DNA from: Takakia lepidozioides
Taxonomy: Eukaryota > Plantae > Bryophyta
Reading direction: 5' to 3'
Length of the DNA: 64,000 nucleotides
Assembly: GCA_030704615.1 (NCBI GenBank)
Contig: CM060731.1
Span: 91,078,001-91,142,000 of the forward strand
In this document: positions 48,600 to 60,477 of the stretch, in pieces
Position numbering within the stretch: the first letter of the stretch is position 1
Layout: the number at the start of each line of letters is the position of its first letter
Made by a program: the position numbers and the translations under genes
Notes under the pieces: model-generated
The model's input: only the letters and a program-made list of their open reading frames with translations
What the model was told of the DNA's origin: nothing
The model's database searches: none

Positions 48600-50054
48600 C
48601 ACGATCCAAGGTTGATGTCCCCATCAACGCCTCTTCCTCTTTTGAGGTCGCTCTTCAGAAGCTGCAACTGCCTTGGGTGCGTTTCCCATTTCTAAGGCCC
48701 GCACCTAAGTTGCCTCCACTTGATGATAGCCCTTCCATTTCACGAGATACTAGATGTTTCTCAATTTTTGAACCTCTTCGACTTAAGCACTACCTCCACC
48801 TCGTACTCCGGTTCATTTTCATGATCTAACAACATAGCCGATTCGAACGCGCTTCATTTTTTAAGTAAGGCTTCTAGAGGGAAACGTGGAATACCGGATG
48901 CACCTTGCTGTCTGCCGGCAGCTCCAGCTCGGTACATAGAGACGCTTTTGCTTGTACCGGAGCAATCATTTGTGCAAGTGGAACTGCGACTTAACCCCTA
49001 GCCTCAAGTCCCGCAGTACCGACTTTGCCAACTCATCCTTCCGATAGGCCTTCCGGATCTTCCTCTGCAACTCTGTCTCGCCCTTGTACACCAACATGAG
49101 TTGTTGCTTTCTACTCATAGCAGCGGCCACCACATTGTCCTGTCCCAATTTGTACTGAATATCCACGTCAAACAATGCCAAAGTGTCTTGTCACCTAATT
49201 TGTTTTGCGGACAACTTAGGCTGTGTGGCAAAATACTTTACCGTGACATTGTCCGTGAACACCTTCACCGGGTTCGTCCCAACATAGTGTCGCCAAAGCT
49301 CAAGGCAATGCACCACCGCCTTCATTTCCTTCTCATGCGTTGGCCACCGCCTCCCCACCTCATTCAATTTCTTACTTTCGTAAGCCATTGGACGCCCATC
49401 CTGTATCAGCACACCCCCAATCGCGAAGTCCGACGCATCTGTATGAATCTCAAACGGACGGTCGAACTCCAGAATCTTCAACACTTGAGCCTCTGCCATC
49501 CGCTACTTCAATTCAGCAAATGCTTGGCCACAAAAGGTGTTCCACACCCATACCTTGGATTTACACAAGAGGTCTGACAACAGCCCCGTGATCTTGGCGA
49601 AATTCCTCACATACTTTCGGTAGTAGGAAGCGAGTCCGAGAAAAGATTGCACCTCCGGGACCGAAGTCGGAGGCTCCCAGTCCAAGATCGCCCTCATCTT
49701 TCTATCATCCATTGTGATCCCATTTTTATGTAATCACATGCCCTAGGAACTCCACTTTTGTAACCCGAATTTGCACTTTGAAGCTTTAGCATAGAGCTTT
49801 CCTTCTTGCAATTTCTGGAACACCCTTTTGAGGTGCTCCAGGTGCTCTTCCTTTGTTTTCGAGTACACCAAGATGTCGTCGATGTACACGATCAAAATGT
49901 CATCTAACCACTCCTGAAAGAGGCAATTTATCAAGGTGCTAAAGGTTGCTGGCGTGTTGGTGAGCCCAAAAGGCATCACCAAAAAATTGTACAAACCATA
50001 CCTTGTCATGCTTGCTGTCTTTTCCTCATCTCATTCCGCTATCCGAATCTGGTC
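48600..50054 (-). mobile_element. Ty3/Gypsy chromovirus pol: second half of RT, RNase H, largely deleted integrase, chromodomain
   Basis: QIRIA…EKTA..TRYGLYNFLVMPFGL…VYIDDILVYS; FLGLASYYR; FEIHTDASDFAIGGVL; and EPEYEVE…VKWKGY (chromodomain, ~48700-48815). Confidence 0.9.
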
Positions 50055-50819
50055 AACATCAGGGTCCACTCAGCAACAAACATAGCAATGACAGGGTGAA
50101 AGTCAAGCGCAGTTGGGCATGGAAACGATCTTGGTTGCCACAATACTGAATCAGCAGCCAATTCACGGTGTACCAACGTACCTTGAAGCGAAGCTCGTCA
50201 CTGAGGGTGGCAACTGAGGAAAGCTGCCCACGTGTCTTCAACTGCAGCAGCAAAAAGAGGTTTAGTCAGAGGGATAAGAATAACATGAACTCTGGTGGTT
50301 GCAATGGTATAAACACACCTCCACGGAGCAAGCTAACAAACACCCTGCTCAGACCCTAGCACTACAACTTCATGGCAAAAATAACCCTACTAAAAACCAG
50401 CCAGGCAAAGCAAGGAGCCATGAATGCATGCCTAGGGAACCACGTCCTGCTGCGATGATGGTGCCGGGGTCAGCCCACTCCTCTTGCTCACCTGCAATGA
50501 ATACACATTGCAACGCTTCAGGAAGTGTATCCATAAAGGAAACCAACCAAGTAGGTTTGCGGAGAGGGGCTGGGAACAACCATACCTTGGGCGCTGCCTC
50601 CTCATGCCGGGGGGGGAATCCGGAATGCTGCCGCCGTAGCACTATGGTCGTAGGCGCAGGACCCACCTTCTTCACATTCGACCCCACTGCCACTCCCTGT
50701 ACATGTGGTCCCTGCAAAACATATAGTGTCAGCCTTGCGTGAGAGGGCATCCGGGGGGAACAAAACAAACATGGACTTTGGCTTCGATGTCATGTTGCAA
50801 ACAGTAAGGTTAGTTTCAC

Positions 50820-53232
50820 CTACATGGGCGCAGAAGTACTTCCCCCAACGACCCCATCCTCTCCCACATTCAAGCTGCCAATCGGGGTCAGCTTCCGCGT
50901 GCTTGTGAAGACACGCACATCCTTGGAGCAAAACAAATCTTGGCAGTAGGGCCAGACTGTTTCTAAAAGGTAGTCTGAATCGGGCCCCTCACTGACATTG
51001 CCAGTGACATCAAACGACAATGGATGGACCATGTTCAAAGGGGAGTTCCCCCTCCCCTTGTGTGGTGAATCATCCATTAGGAGGGTGTTGGATTCGTTAA
51101 ATCCAGAAAATTCCGACCACACCCTCGACAGTCTCTTCTGTAAGTTCTGTACGGCAGGCCCTTTTGTGGGGTATGGCTCTGTCAAGGGGTCACACTCCTC
51201 TTGTGACCACACAAAGAGGGGAGAACCCTTGACCCCCTGCATGACCACTTTGAAGATGTTTGCAACATTCCCCTTGGAAGCACAGGACCATATCCCAACG
51301 TAGAAATACCGGAAGAGAAGGTTTAAAAACTCGCAGTCCTGGGGCCTTGGGAAAACATACTTGTTGGTGGTCAACACCCATGGCCAATGATGCCTCGGGT
51401 TGGGCTGAAAGTTAGGAATAGAGTGGCACAGGATCCCGTTCAGGTCTAGAACAATTAGTTTTGACTTTTCTATGAAAGGAGCTTTTGAAGGGGTGTCACG
51501 GGGTCTCACCTCAGTGGGTTGGGAGACAACAGTCACCCCGGAGGGCAAAGTTTTGGTCCCCCTGCAGCCTGGACCAGGCAAACTACCACCCTCTCCCCCT
51601 ACAGCTTCCCCTTTTCCCCCATCGTCCATGTCATCCCCACCAACTTGCTGGACCTCTCCCTCTTCAACGAGTGGACCCTGCCCCCCACTGTGAATATCAT
51701 CAACAACAGCCCGGACCTCTGTCACATCCCTACCCACTACAATTACTTCCTCCTTGTCAGGTACAATGGTCGCAGCAGGGGGGTCTTCCATAATGCCACC
51801 CGTCACACCCCCTTTTTGCCCCATCATGAGTTCCACTATCTTCTTCAGTTGTGCTTCCATTCCCCTCTCCTGCTCCGCAGAGAGAGCCGCAAGCCTCTCC
51901 AGGGCCTCGATGCGGGCTGCCATTGAGTTCGCTGCTCCCTACGCATACAAACACCCACCCGTACTGTTAAAAACCAGAAGAAGAGGCCGAATGTGCAGGA
52001 TTTCAGGCATTCGGAGATGGCTAGGTTTGGCATAACACCCCTCGTGTACCATGCGTGGGGGCCCCACATACCCACCAAATCTTAGTACAACAACAGATTC
52101 ATGAATGGAAACCGGACTTCAAAACATACCTGGCTCAAAACAGACTCTGATGGGGTGCCAGTCGCAGCGTTCTTGCACTCCGCCCCGAGCTCGGACAGTG
52201 ACGGGCTCCGCGCTTTGCGTCTTTTCTGTATTTGCCCATCCACACACTGTCAGTACAAAATGCCAGGAGCATATGGACAAAGCACTGCCCTGCATATCAC
52301 ATTACAACTAATTCTGCACAAGCAATAAAACCCACTCGTGGGTGTCTCTTCCATCAGAACATGCCACAACGTAAGAGCAATCAGAAGGGGGTGAGGGAGA
52401 TTACCAAACGGGCTGCTTGGCCTGCAACTCCTGCCCGGCCCCAACGCGAGGGGTTCGTGACACAAGCACGCGCTTGCTTCATCCCTTCAGCCTTTGCAAG
52501 TCCACGAGGGGACTCCCAGTAGGCAACAAGCTTATCCCAATAGGCGGGTTCAGTGTTCATTGGCCTCACACCAGTCTTCGCCCATTTATCTTTCAGTTTT
52601 GCTCTTTCTCCTTTCATTATCTTCCCACATTGCTTCACTATAAAATCACGATTGGCAGGGATAGGTGTGTACTCGTACATTCCATTTATGCCCTCTATTA
52701 CTATTGACATGGCACTCTGGGACTGCTGGTTAATGTCTTGTACGCTTGAGTCAAGGTAACGCAATGCCAGGCCACGCAAATCACGCTGCCAGTGTTCCTT
52801 ACCATCGCAGCCAGCATTGATGACTCCATTTCCATGCACCTCCACCTTGTGGCGCTTTAGCCCTGCAGCCACCCTTCCCTCTCCATCTCCTTCCCATTGT
52901 TTCATGGCATGACATCGTTCCTTCCTCAGCTCTGATGTCCGTTTCCTGCCCCCATGCTCTGGAGCAGCGCCGTCATACGTTGTGGGGGGTGACTGATGTG
53001 TGCCGGAGGGGGGAGGGCCGTATGGAGATGTGGGAGGCCCCCATTGTGACGTGGCAACATCAGGAAGCCAGCGCCACGACCCCGAAGCAGGGGGGGCTCC
53101 CCATGGTGCACTCTGTTGTGGAGACCATCTGGCAGGGGGTGGGTGCCAAGGTTGGTGTCGGTTGGCATTGTGTGGTGGCTGTGAGTGCTTTGCTGCAGCT
53201 TCACTCCCCTTCCACTGCCAAAAACATCCCAC
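50820..53232 (-). CDS. CACTA TnpA-like gene, copy B: Transposase_24-like domain spliced in frame to a coiled coil and an FCP1/NIF HAD-phosphatase-like domain
   Basis: Exons ~53232-52405 (WDKLVAYWES…MKQAR…NPSRWGRAG…ARL|GT), 52225-52130 and 51938-50820 (KLIVLDLNGIL…RP…VGIWSCA…LFVWSQEEC…NTLLMDDSPHKG..N..N..HP) join at phase-0 GT-AG junctions. A possible upstream exon lies near 54966-55144. Confidence 0.72.
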
Positions 53233-53789
53233 TCACAAGGTGCATCAGCTGTAGTCCTACTGAACACAACGTCACCAGAGCACAAACCATCCCACAACCA
53301 CAACTATGGATTGGCTGACCTCAAACCCACTCCCCTGCAGTGCAAAGTGCCAAAAACTGAAAAGGAGAGGGACAAAATGTCCTCATAACATGTAAGCCCA
53401 TTCATTGGTGAAGAAACAGAATGTGGGCGGGTTCAGTGCACATATCCAGTGGACATCTATTCACACAATCAGCAAATGGCTGTATGGCGGAGCCCAGCAA
53501 CGGAGCCCCAAAAGGCCTAAAGACTCTCAATGTTGGTAAACACAGGTGCAGACACAATTCAATTGAAAGGATATTGCAGACCTAGCCTCGTTGGAGTTAT
53601 CAACGCATATAGCAAATGTGTACTCCAACGCAGGTGCAATGACGTGACAAAGCAACATTTCCTTGACCTAAAAACTAGTCCCTCTGCACACAGTGGTAGA
53701 CCCGAAGGTTTTTCCACGATGTCCTCCCCCATGACACAAATTGAAAACATGTTCAGGGATGTTTTCTGCCTAACTTCATTTTCTGCCCA

Positions 53790-54875
53790 ATCAGATCTCC
53801 TCTACGCTGATGATGTTGCCCTTTTGGCACAATCCCCGGTCTTTCTGCAACGCCATATCAAAATTTTGGAACAGTTCTGCAAAGACTATGGGATGCAAGT
53901 CAATCTTAGCAAGACCAAGATCATGGTCTTCAATGGCCAGGCTGATCGTAGATTCATCTTCAACCAGCAGGAAATTGAGATTGTCAAATCATACCGGTAC
54001 CTAGGTCTGGTTATCCACTCCCCCAAGTTTCACTTTGCAGCCACTGCCTTGGACAGATTGACTAAAGGTAAGGCGGCCTCCGTCCGCCTTCACGCCAAAT
54101 GCAAGCACATCTGCGGCATCCCCCGACCAAAAAGTGGTTGTTTGACACCGTCGTCAGCCCTGCTACCATCAATGGTTGTGAGTTTTGGGCACCTGGTGTC
54201 CCTGTCTCCTGGTGGGAAAAGAATTTGGAACCATTACAGTCATCTTTTCTCCAAGCAATGCTTGGCGCCAGGAGCACAACTCCATCTCAGATCCTAGGTG
54301 CAGCGTTCGCATGTGTACCATTGCAATCCGAGGCACAGTTCAGGCTTACAATCTTTTTCCATAGATTGCAGGCCCTTCCACCCAAAGGGCTAGTGGCAAG
54401 GGCCCTCACAACATCTATGAGGCTCAAAGCTGCAGGTTTCGGGAACTCCTGGTATGCTCGAGTGGACAGTTTATTGAAACGTAACGGACTTTCTACTGCT
54501 TTCCTATTACCAATGAACCCACATGAGGTGGACATCACATCCAGACATGACCGCAACAGACTCATTCGGAGAGAGCTTATGGAATTACATGTCAAGAGAA
54601 CTTGGATGCTACCCAATCTCACAACAAAGCTCCACTTCTATCGAGAGACATTCTTGGTGCTCCGCGATGATATAATCTTCAACCAAATTACGTTTCAGCA
54701 CCCTTACCTCCTTCCCTCTTGAGGGCATTGGGGCGGTTCAGGGTGGGTTCCCACAACCTACGGATAGATACTGCCGGAGGACCGCCTATGTCCAGCTTGC
54801 ATAGCACGCAGCAAGGAAATTGAAACTGAAGAACACTTCTTCTTCTACTGCCCTGTATACTACGACATCCGTTTG
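53790..54875 (+). mobile_element. Truncated LINE of a second RTE/RTE-X-like family, between remnants of a minus-strand copy of family 1
   Basis: LLYADDVALLA…VNLSKTKIMVF…YRYLG; C-terminal RFRVGSHNL…ETEEHFFFYCPVY. The flanks at 53700-53785 and 54875-54935 are reverse complements of family-1 LINE sequence. Confidence 0.8.
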
Positions 54876-56976
54876 AACAACTTTGTGGATATGTGCATCC
54901 CAGTTTCAGTTTCAGGAGAACTCAACGCCCAGAAAACAAGAACACAAGTAGGGGTAGAACTCACCTCATGCGCAGCAGTTTTGTGCCGTTTGCGCACCTT
55001 TTGGAGAGACTCTGCAGATGGAGGTGCAATTTCCTCCGAACTGTCCTCCACCTCATCGTCGTTGCCCATGCTATACTCGCTTGTGTCAAAATCCGAACTC
55101 GAAGACCGCCCACCGCTCTGCCTTCCCTCTCGCACCGACGCCATCTGTACCGGATTCAGTCGAGCCAGGCGGGGGCTCCTTCACACCGCGGGGCTGGAAT
55201 GTGCAGAAGTGGGAGGAGGTGATGCTGCCTCGGCGGTCGACCGCTTCTTACTAGGCGTGGACATAGACCATGACAAAGATGAAGACGAGCGAGGACATAG
55301 ACCATGACCAAGACAAAGACGAGCGAGGAAGACCAAGACATGCAAAGGAGGAAAGAAGGACAAGGAGGGGAGTGTGATCACACACCCCCCCGATCTGTAG
55401 TGAAGATCCGGCCGTTGTTGATTTCAAATATGAACACGTGTCGTGCATCCGACACTATGGCCTTTTCGACTTTGAGACGTTAAACCCTAAACCACTTACA
55501 ATCCTCCAAACAACTAGATGTAGTGATTCACACAACTGACATGGATCCGTTAACTTTTTTTCGTTCAAAATTAGGCGAAGGAAACACACTGCAATGATGT
55601 CGTGTATGGCTCCGCTTTACATGCATTCTTAGAGAAAATGCGCATGATGTGTGAGAAGTGAACACAGTGCTCTGCCAAATGATTCAGCAAAAACAAACTC
55701 AACTGTAGTGGTTCTCCCATCGCAGAGAAGGGTCCATTCGACACCCATCGCACCATGCCAGGTTGAGGTCCTCACACACACACCTACACACCGAGAATTT
55801 GCGAACCCACATCAGCTGGGAGAACATGGAAATTACCCCGTGGATCACATGCAAGCATGAATGAGAAATGGGTTTATGTTACATGGGAGATTTTGGTGTA
55901 CCTGCGCGACATGCAACTCTGTCTACATACTCCATAAGTCGCTGTCCCAAGACCCAAGTGGACAGGGGAGGCCGGTGAGTCTGTACCACAAATGGTAATC
56001 ATACAACAGAGGGTACTGCTGCCCAATGTGCAAAAGCCGCCGGCTGCAGGATGCTAGGCATGCGAACTCGGGCACAACACGCCTCCTCTGCACCCCACTC
56101 CGTCCCAACCAGTGCAAAACAACCGTGCATGCATTGACTGCCCTCTAGCTTTCTCTCCAGGCATTTGGGGGTCTGCGATCTGCTACACGTAAGTGTCTTT
56201 GAATGCGCCGATCAAAGGATCCGGTCACTTGCAGTTGCCGTCTCAAGGGCAGCATTGCAAGAATCGGAATTAAGTAAGAAAGATGGTGGAAGAAGTTGCA
56301 AACAGCAAATGAGTGAAGTGGCAGGGCGATGCTCCATTTTTAACATGCTCCCCTTCCCGCCATGGTGATAGACCCACACAAATGGACTCCCTTCCCGCCA
56401 CGGTGCAATTTCACGGCAACGGAACGGGATTGTCCGCCGAAACGTGATTTGGAGATGGCCTAAGACAAGTGGCGCAGGTTTTGGCCTTGTAGTTAGGTTG
56501 TTCACACTTCAATGCACACATTTCATACACATTCAACCATATGCCCAAGATCACAACGTCGTCAATCGTGAAAATTGAAATTCCACGTACGTCCTCCGAT
56601 TCCTCACACACACACGAACTGTAGAGACAGGTCGTTTTCCAGGATGTCGTTGTTTGAGTCGATTTTGGTCATTTCTCTCAGTGTCTTGTTGAAAAGATTC
56701 TAGTTATAATGGGAAGCATCGTGATGGCTTTTAAATGTTTTGCTGTTGAGTGTAACTTTTCATCATGTTGTGGAATCTACCGGTTGGTATAAAATATCAA
56801 CTATCTTCTCTGCCAAAGGATGTGCAGCTGAACCTTTCAAATTGAGATTGCAGGAGGAGGGAATTGACGGTAGTGAAATGGGAGTGGCAGAGCCAAATTG
56901 AGGAATCTCTGCAAAGGAGAATCCGGCCCCCAACAACGGCGTGCACAAACAGCATTGAAGAGGCTCCCCAACAAAA

Positions 56977-58707
56977 ATGAGTTCCCCTCGCCCATGCGGA
57001 GGACTTCCAATTAATCACCCCTGTAGACAGAACACCCGAGATGACAGGTTGTGGGAAAGAGAAGTGGCACGTGCCCGAGCCCTTGGGCTTTCAAGGATGC
57101 CATGCCCATGTGAACGTTGTTTGGGCACTACAAGTAGATCTGAGGACGGTGTGCGCACACATCTCCTTCACCACAAAAGACATGAAGCATTTCGGGTGTG
57201 GATTGGAGATGGACCTGCAGACAAAGACGATGAGGAGTGGCACAATTGGACAATGCACACCCCCGAGGGAGCCATACAGACAGGCCAGACGAGGACTATG
57301 TCATGGGCACAGGACATGAACCAGGCATGGACGGAGGGGTGGAGATTACTCGAATGTTGTAGGAAGCATTCCACATCATGGACGATGCTGAAGAGGGGGA
57401 CGGCGCTGTGACAACTGGGGATGGTGATGACGCAGGAAATGAAGGCATTCACGTGGGGGAAGGCGTGGAAGGAGGTGGAGATGGAGAATTGAATTTTGCA
57501 CACATGACACTAGAAGAAACATGTGTGCCACTGTATGAGGGATGCAAATCCACAAAGCTTGCTGCCACCATGCTGTTGATGAACCTGTGCACAACCCACG
57601 GTGTCTCAAACCATTTTGTGGACGAGTTGTTCTCTTTGCTTCGGCTGAACTTGCTTCCACAACCAAATGAAATGCCAAAAAGCTGTCACATGGCCAACCA
57701 AATGATTGGGAAGCTCGGCCTCAACTACGTAAAAATACTTGCATGTCCAAAAGGACATGTACTTTTCAGAAGAGAGTACAAGGATGCTATGGAGTGCCCC
57801 AAATGCGGTGCAACCCGATACCATGATGTGGGCAGGTTACAACAGCCAGCCAAGGTGTTGAGGCACTTTCCCCTTATCCCCCGTCTATTACGAATGTACA
57901 AATGCAAGACCATTAGTGAGCTCATGACTTGGCATTCCAAGAATGCCTCAAACGATGGTTTGGTAAGGCATGTCCCAGATTCCCTTGCATGGAAGCATAT
58001 AGATGCAACTTGGCCCGATTTTGCCGAGGACCCACGCAATGTGCGATTGGCTGTATCTACGGATGGAGTAAACCCATATGGATCAAAGAGTTGCACATGG
58101 TCCACATGGCCCATGCAGTTGGTGGCATAGAACCTGCCACCATGGTTGACAACAAAGAAATTCTTTGTCATGTTGTCTCTCTTGATTCCAGGCAAGGAGT
58201 CCGTGACAAATGTAAACATAGATGTGTATTTGCAACCATTGATTGAAGAGCTACAGGAACTATGGATTGGAGTTGAAGCTTACGACATTTTGAAACCAGT
58301 AGGGCAATGGAGTTTCACCCTCCGTGCCATACTCATGTGGTCAATCCACGATTTCCCCGCATATGGCCTTGTTGCGGGTTGCAAGACGAAGGGCTACAAA
58401 GGGTGCCCCATTTGTGGGCCCTATGTGGATTCACGGCACTCAAAGCCACTAGGGAAGACAATATACATGGGGCATCGATGTTACCTTGCAAGAAACCACC
58501 CCTACTGACGAGCAGGAAGGCACTTCAATGGATGTGTTGAAAAGAGAATGGCACCAAATGCTGTGACACCGGAGGAGACATTGCAATTTGCAAAAGAGAA
58601 AGAGGCGTTCGTGGAGATTGGAGGGAGAGACGGAAGTAGTGCGGATCCAGCCATGGAGCACGAGGTGAAGCGCCGGACAATCCTTTGGGATTTGCCATAC
58701 TGGAAGG
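56977..58707 (+). mobile_element. CACTA/En-Spm TnpD transposase (Transposase_21), pseudogenised and truncated by a nested CACTA insertion
   Basis: PCPCERC…HLL; PLYEG; ACPKGHVLFR…CPKCG; LRHFPLIPRL; WKHIDATWPDFAEDPRNVRL…DGVNP; DVYLQPLIEEL; WSIHDFPAYG; WDLPYWK|GT. In-frame stops are present. Confidence 0.9.
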
Positions 58708-58798
58708 TGCATGAATCCCCCCCCCCCCCATTCACTCATTTTCTTTCACATTGTGCTTCCTGGAATTACCTTTACTGTCAGGAGTCCTTCCACCAACT

Positions 58799-59140
58799 CA
58801 CTACAACAGATTGCGGCTTTTATGACTCCCATGGGTGCGCAGTCACGACCAATTTGTGGCAGAAATGCCATTTGCAGTCGTAAATGCCTTTTGAAGTCAT
58901 AACATAGATCACGACGAAGCCGGTTATGCGACTGTATGACTCCGAACTTTGCGCAACACAGGTCAAACACCCTTTGACCAGGAATATTGTCATGGTGGAT
59001 ATGACTACCAGTCAGGGTCATGCCCATACGTGAATGATGTGTGCATATTGCTAGACGGACATATGACTTCATGACTGCCACTCTAATGTATTCTGCCAGA
59101 TCATCACATGTCGTCATGACATGGAGAGTCTGTGACATGG
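58799..59140. mobile_element. CACTA terminus (TIR plus subterminal repeats) of the element carrying the minus-strand transposase
   Basis: CACTACAACAGATTGCGG… starts at 58799 and is near-identical to 19443. Confidence 0.8.
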
Positions 59141-60477
59141 AACAACTTATGAGGTGTCTACATATGATTGGTTAAGTGGCTTTGATATTGTGGTGCGGGG
59201 GATGCAAGTGAAGGGAACGGTTGCACACGAAGCAGCTTAGTAGGCCGTTGGCGCTTTGTGGAGAAGAATGGAACGTGAAGCCAACATGCTAGAGAGGCGA
59301 TCTGGAACCGCATCTGTTTGTGACGTTACGTTCAAATGGCGGCGTGCATTTTAGTGTTTGTTGATCGCCGACAACATCAAAAGCAAGCCTCATACTGCGG
59401 AATGACAGACGAACAAATGATGCATTCAGGGGATAGATAAATTCATGCAAATCAAAAAATTCACTCATGACAGTGATGCAAAACATGGGCTCAACAAAAG
59501 TCTTTGGGCAGTGACCAAGAACACCAACAAAATATGAAATCCAATACACTCTAACATATCGCCTTGTGCATGTCGTCCCTGTAGTAGGCCATCCCGGAGC
59601 TCCATGCCGTGTGCTACTGGAATAGAAGCTTGGCAATACGATCTGTTCCGATCCACCCACTTTGCCATGGGGGGGTTTTCTAAGAATGGGAGAGCCCATG
59701 AATTCAGCTTCTTGTATGATAAAACAACTGAGATAACAGCTCATGTTGTTCTCTCTAATGTACATATCCCCAATGACCTGCCCCAAGCTAGAACAGCAGC
59801 AGGATGACATCAGGGAATAATGATGTGGTGCAAGGCATGGAACACCTGCAGGGCAGCAACATTGTAGTGTTGAATGTACTGCACCCTGCTTGAGCCATTC
59901 ACAGATGGGGGACTATACAAGTGAGTCACATGGTGTTAGCTGGGGCATGAGAGAAACTGCCCATAAAATGCATCTACGCAAATAACCCACTCAACCAGCC
60001 AGAGCATCATCTATGCGGATTGCCAGATTCTTTTGGGGAAAAATGAAAATATGATAAGTAGGGACCAAGCTTAAAAGCACTCCATTGGTATTCAATGGTC
60101 CATAAACACGAGCCTGCCCAATATAAGACCCACAAAATCACTGGGGCAATTATGTAATGTAAATTGGAAGGCACATGCACTTTGTCAACAATGTACCCAA
60201 AGGCAGAACTGATGTGTAAATTTGCATGCCGTTCCAAAGTCTATAGTGACATAAATGTCATGACACGTTGCCAGACAGACACGCCATGTTAGTTGGACAC
60301 CTCCAACACCCTGCAAAAAGGTCACCCCCAAGGGCAACCCTTAGTGCCAGTCTTATGAATCCCACATTATTCATGAATCAACCGGGATTACATATTCAAT
60401 TTTGCCCAATACCACCCTTCATGTACTTGAGATAGAGGAAGGCAGTTGGGGGGGAAAGTCATACCTCATTCTAGGTA

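Noticed and set aside
48243-48667. Gln/His/Ser/Thr-rich ORFs
   Set aside because: Translations of a minisatellite and a poly-C run.
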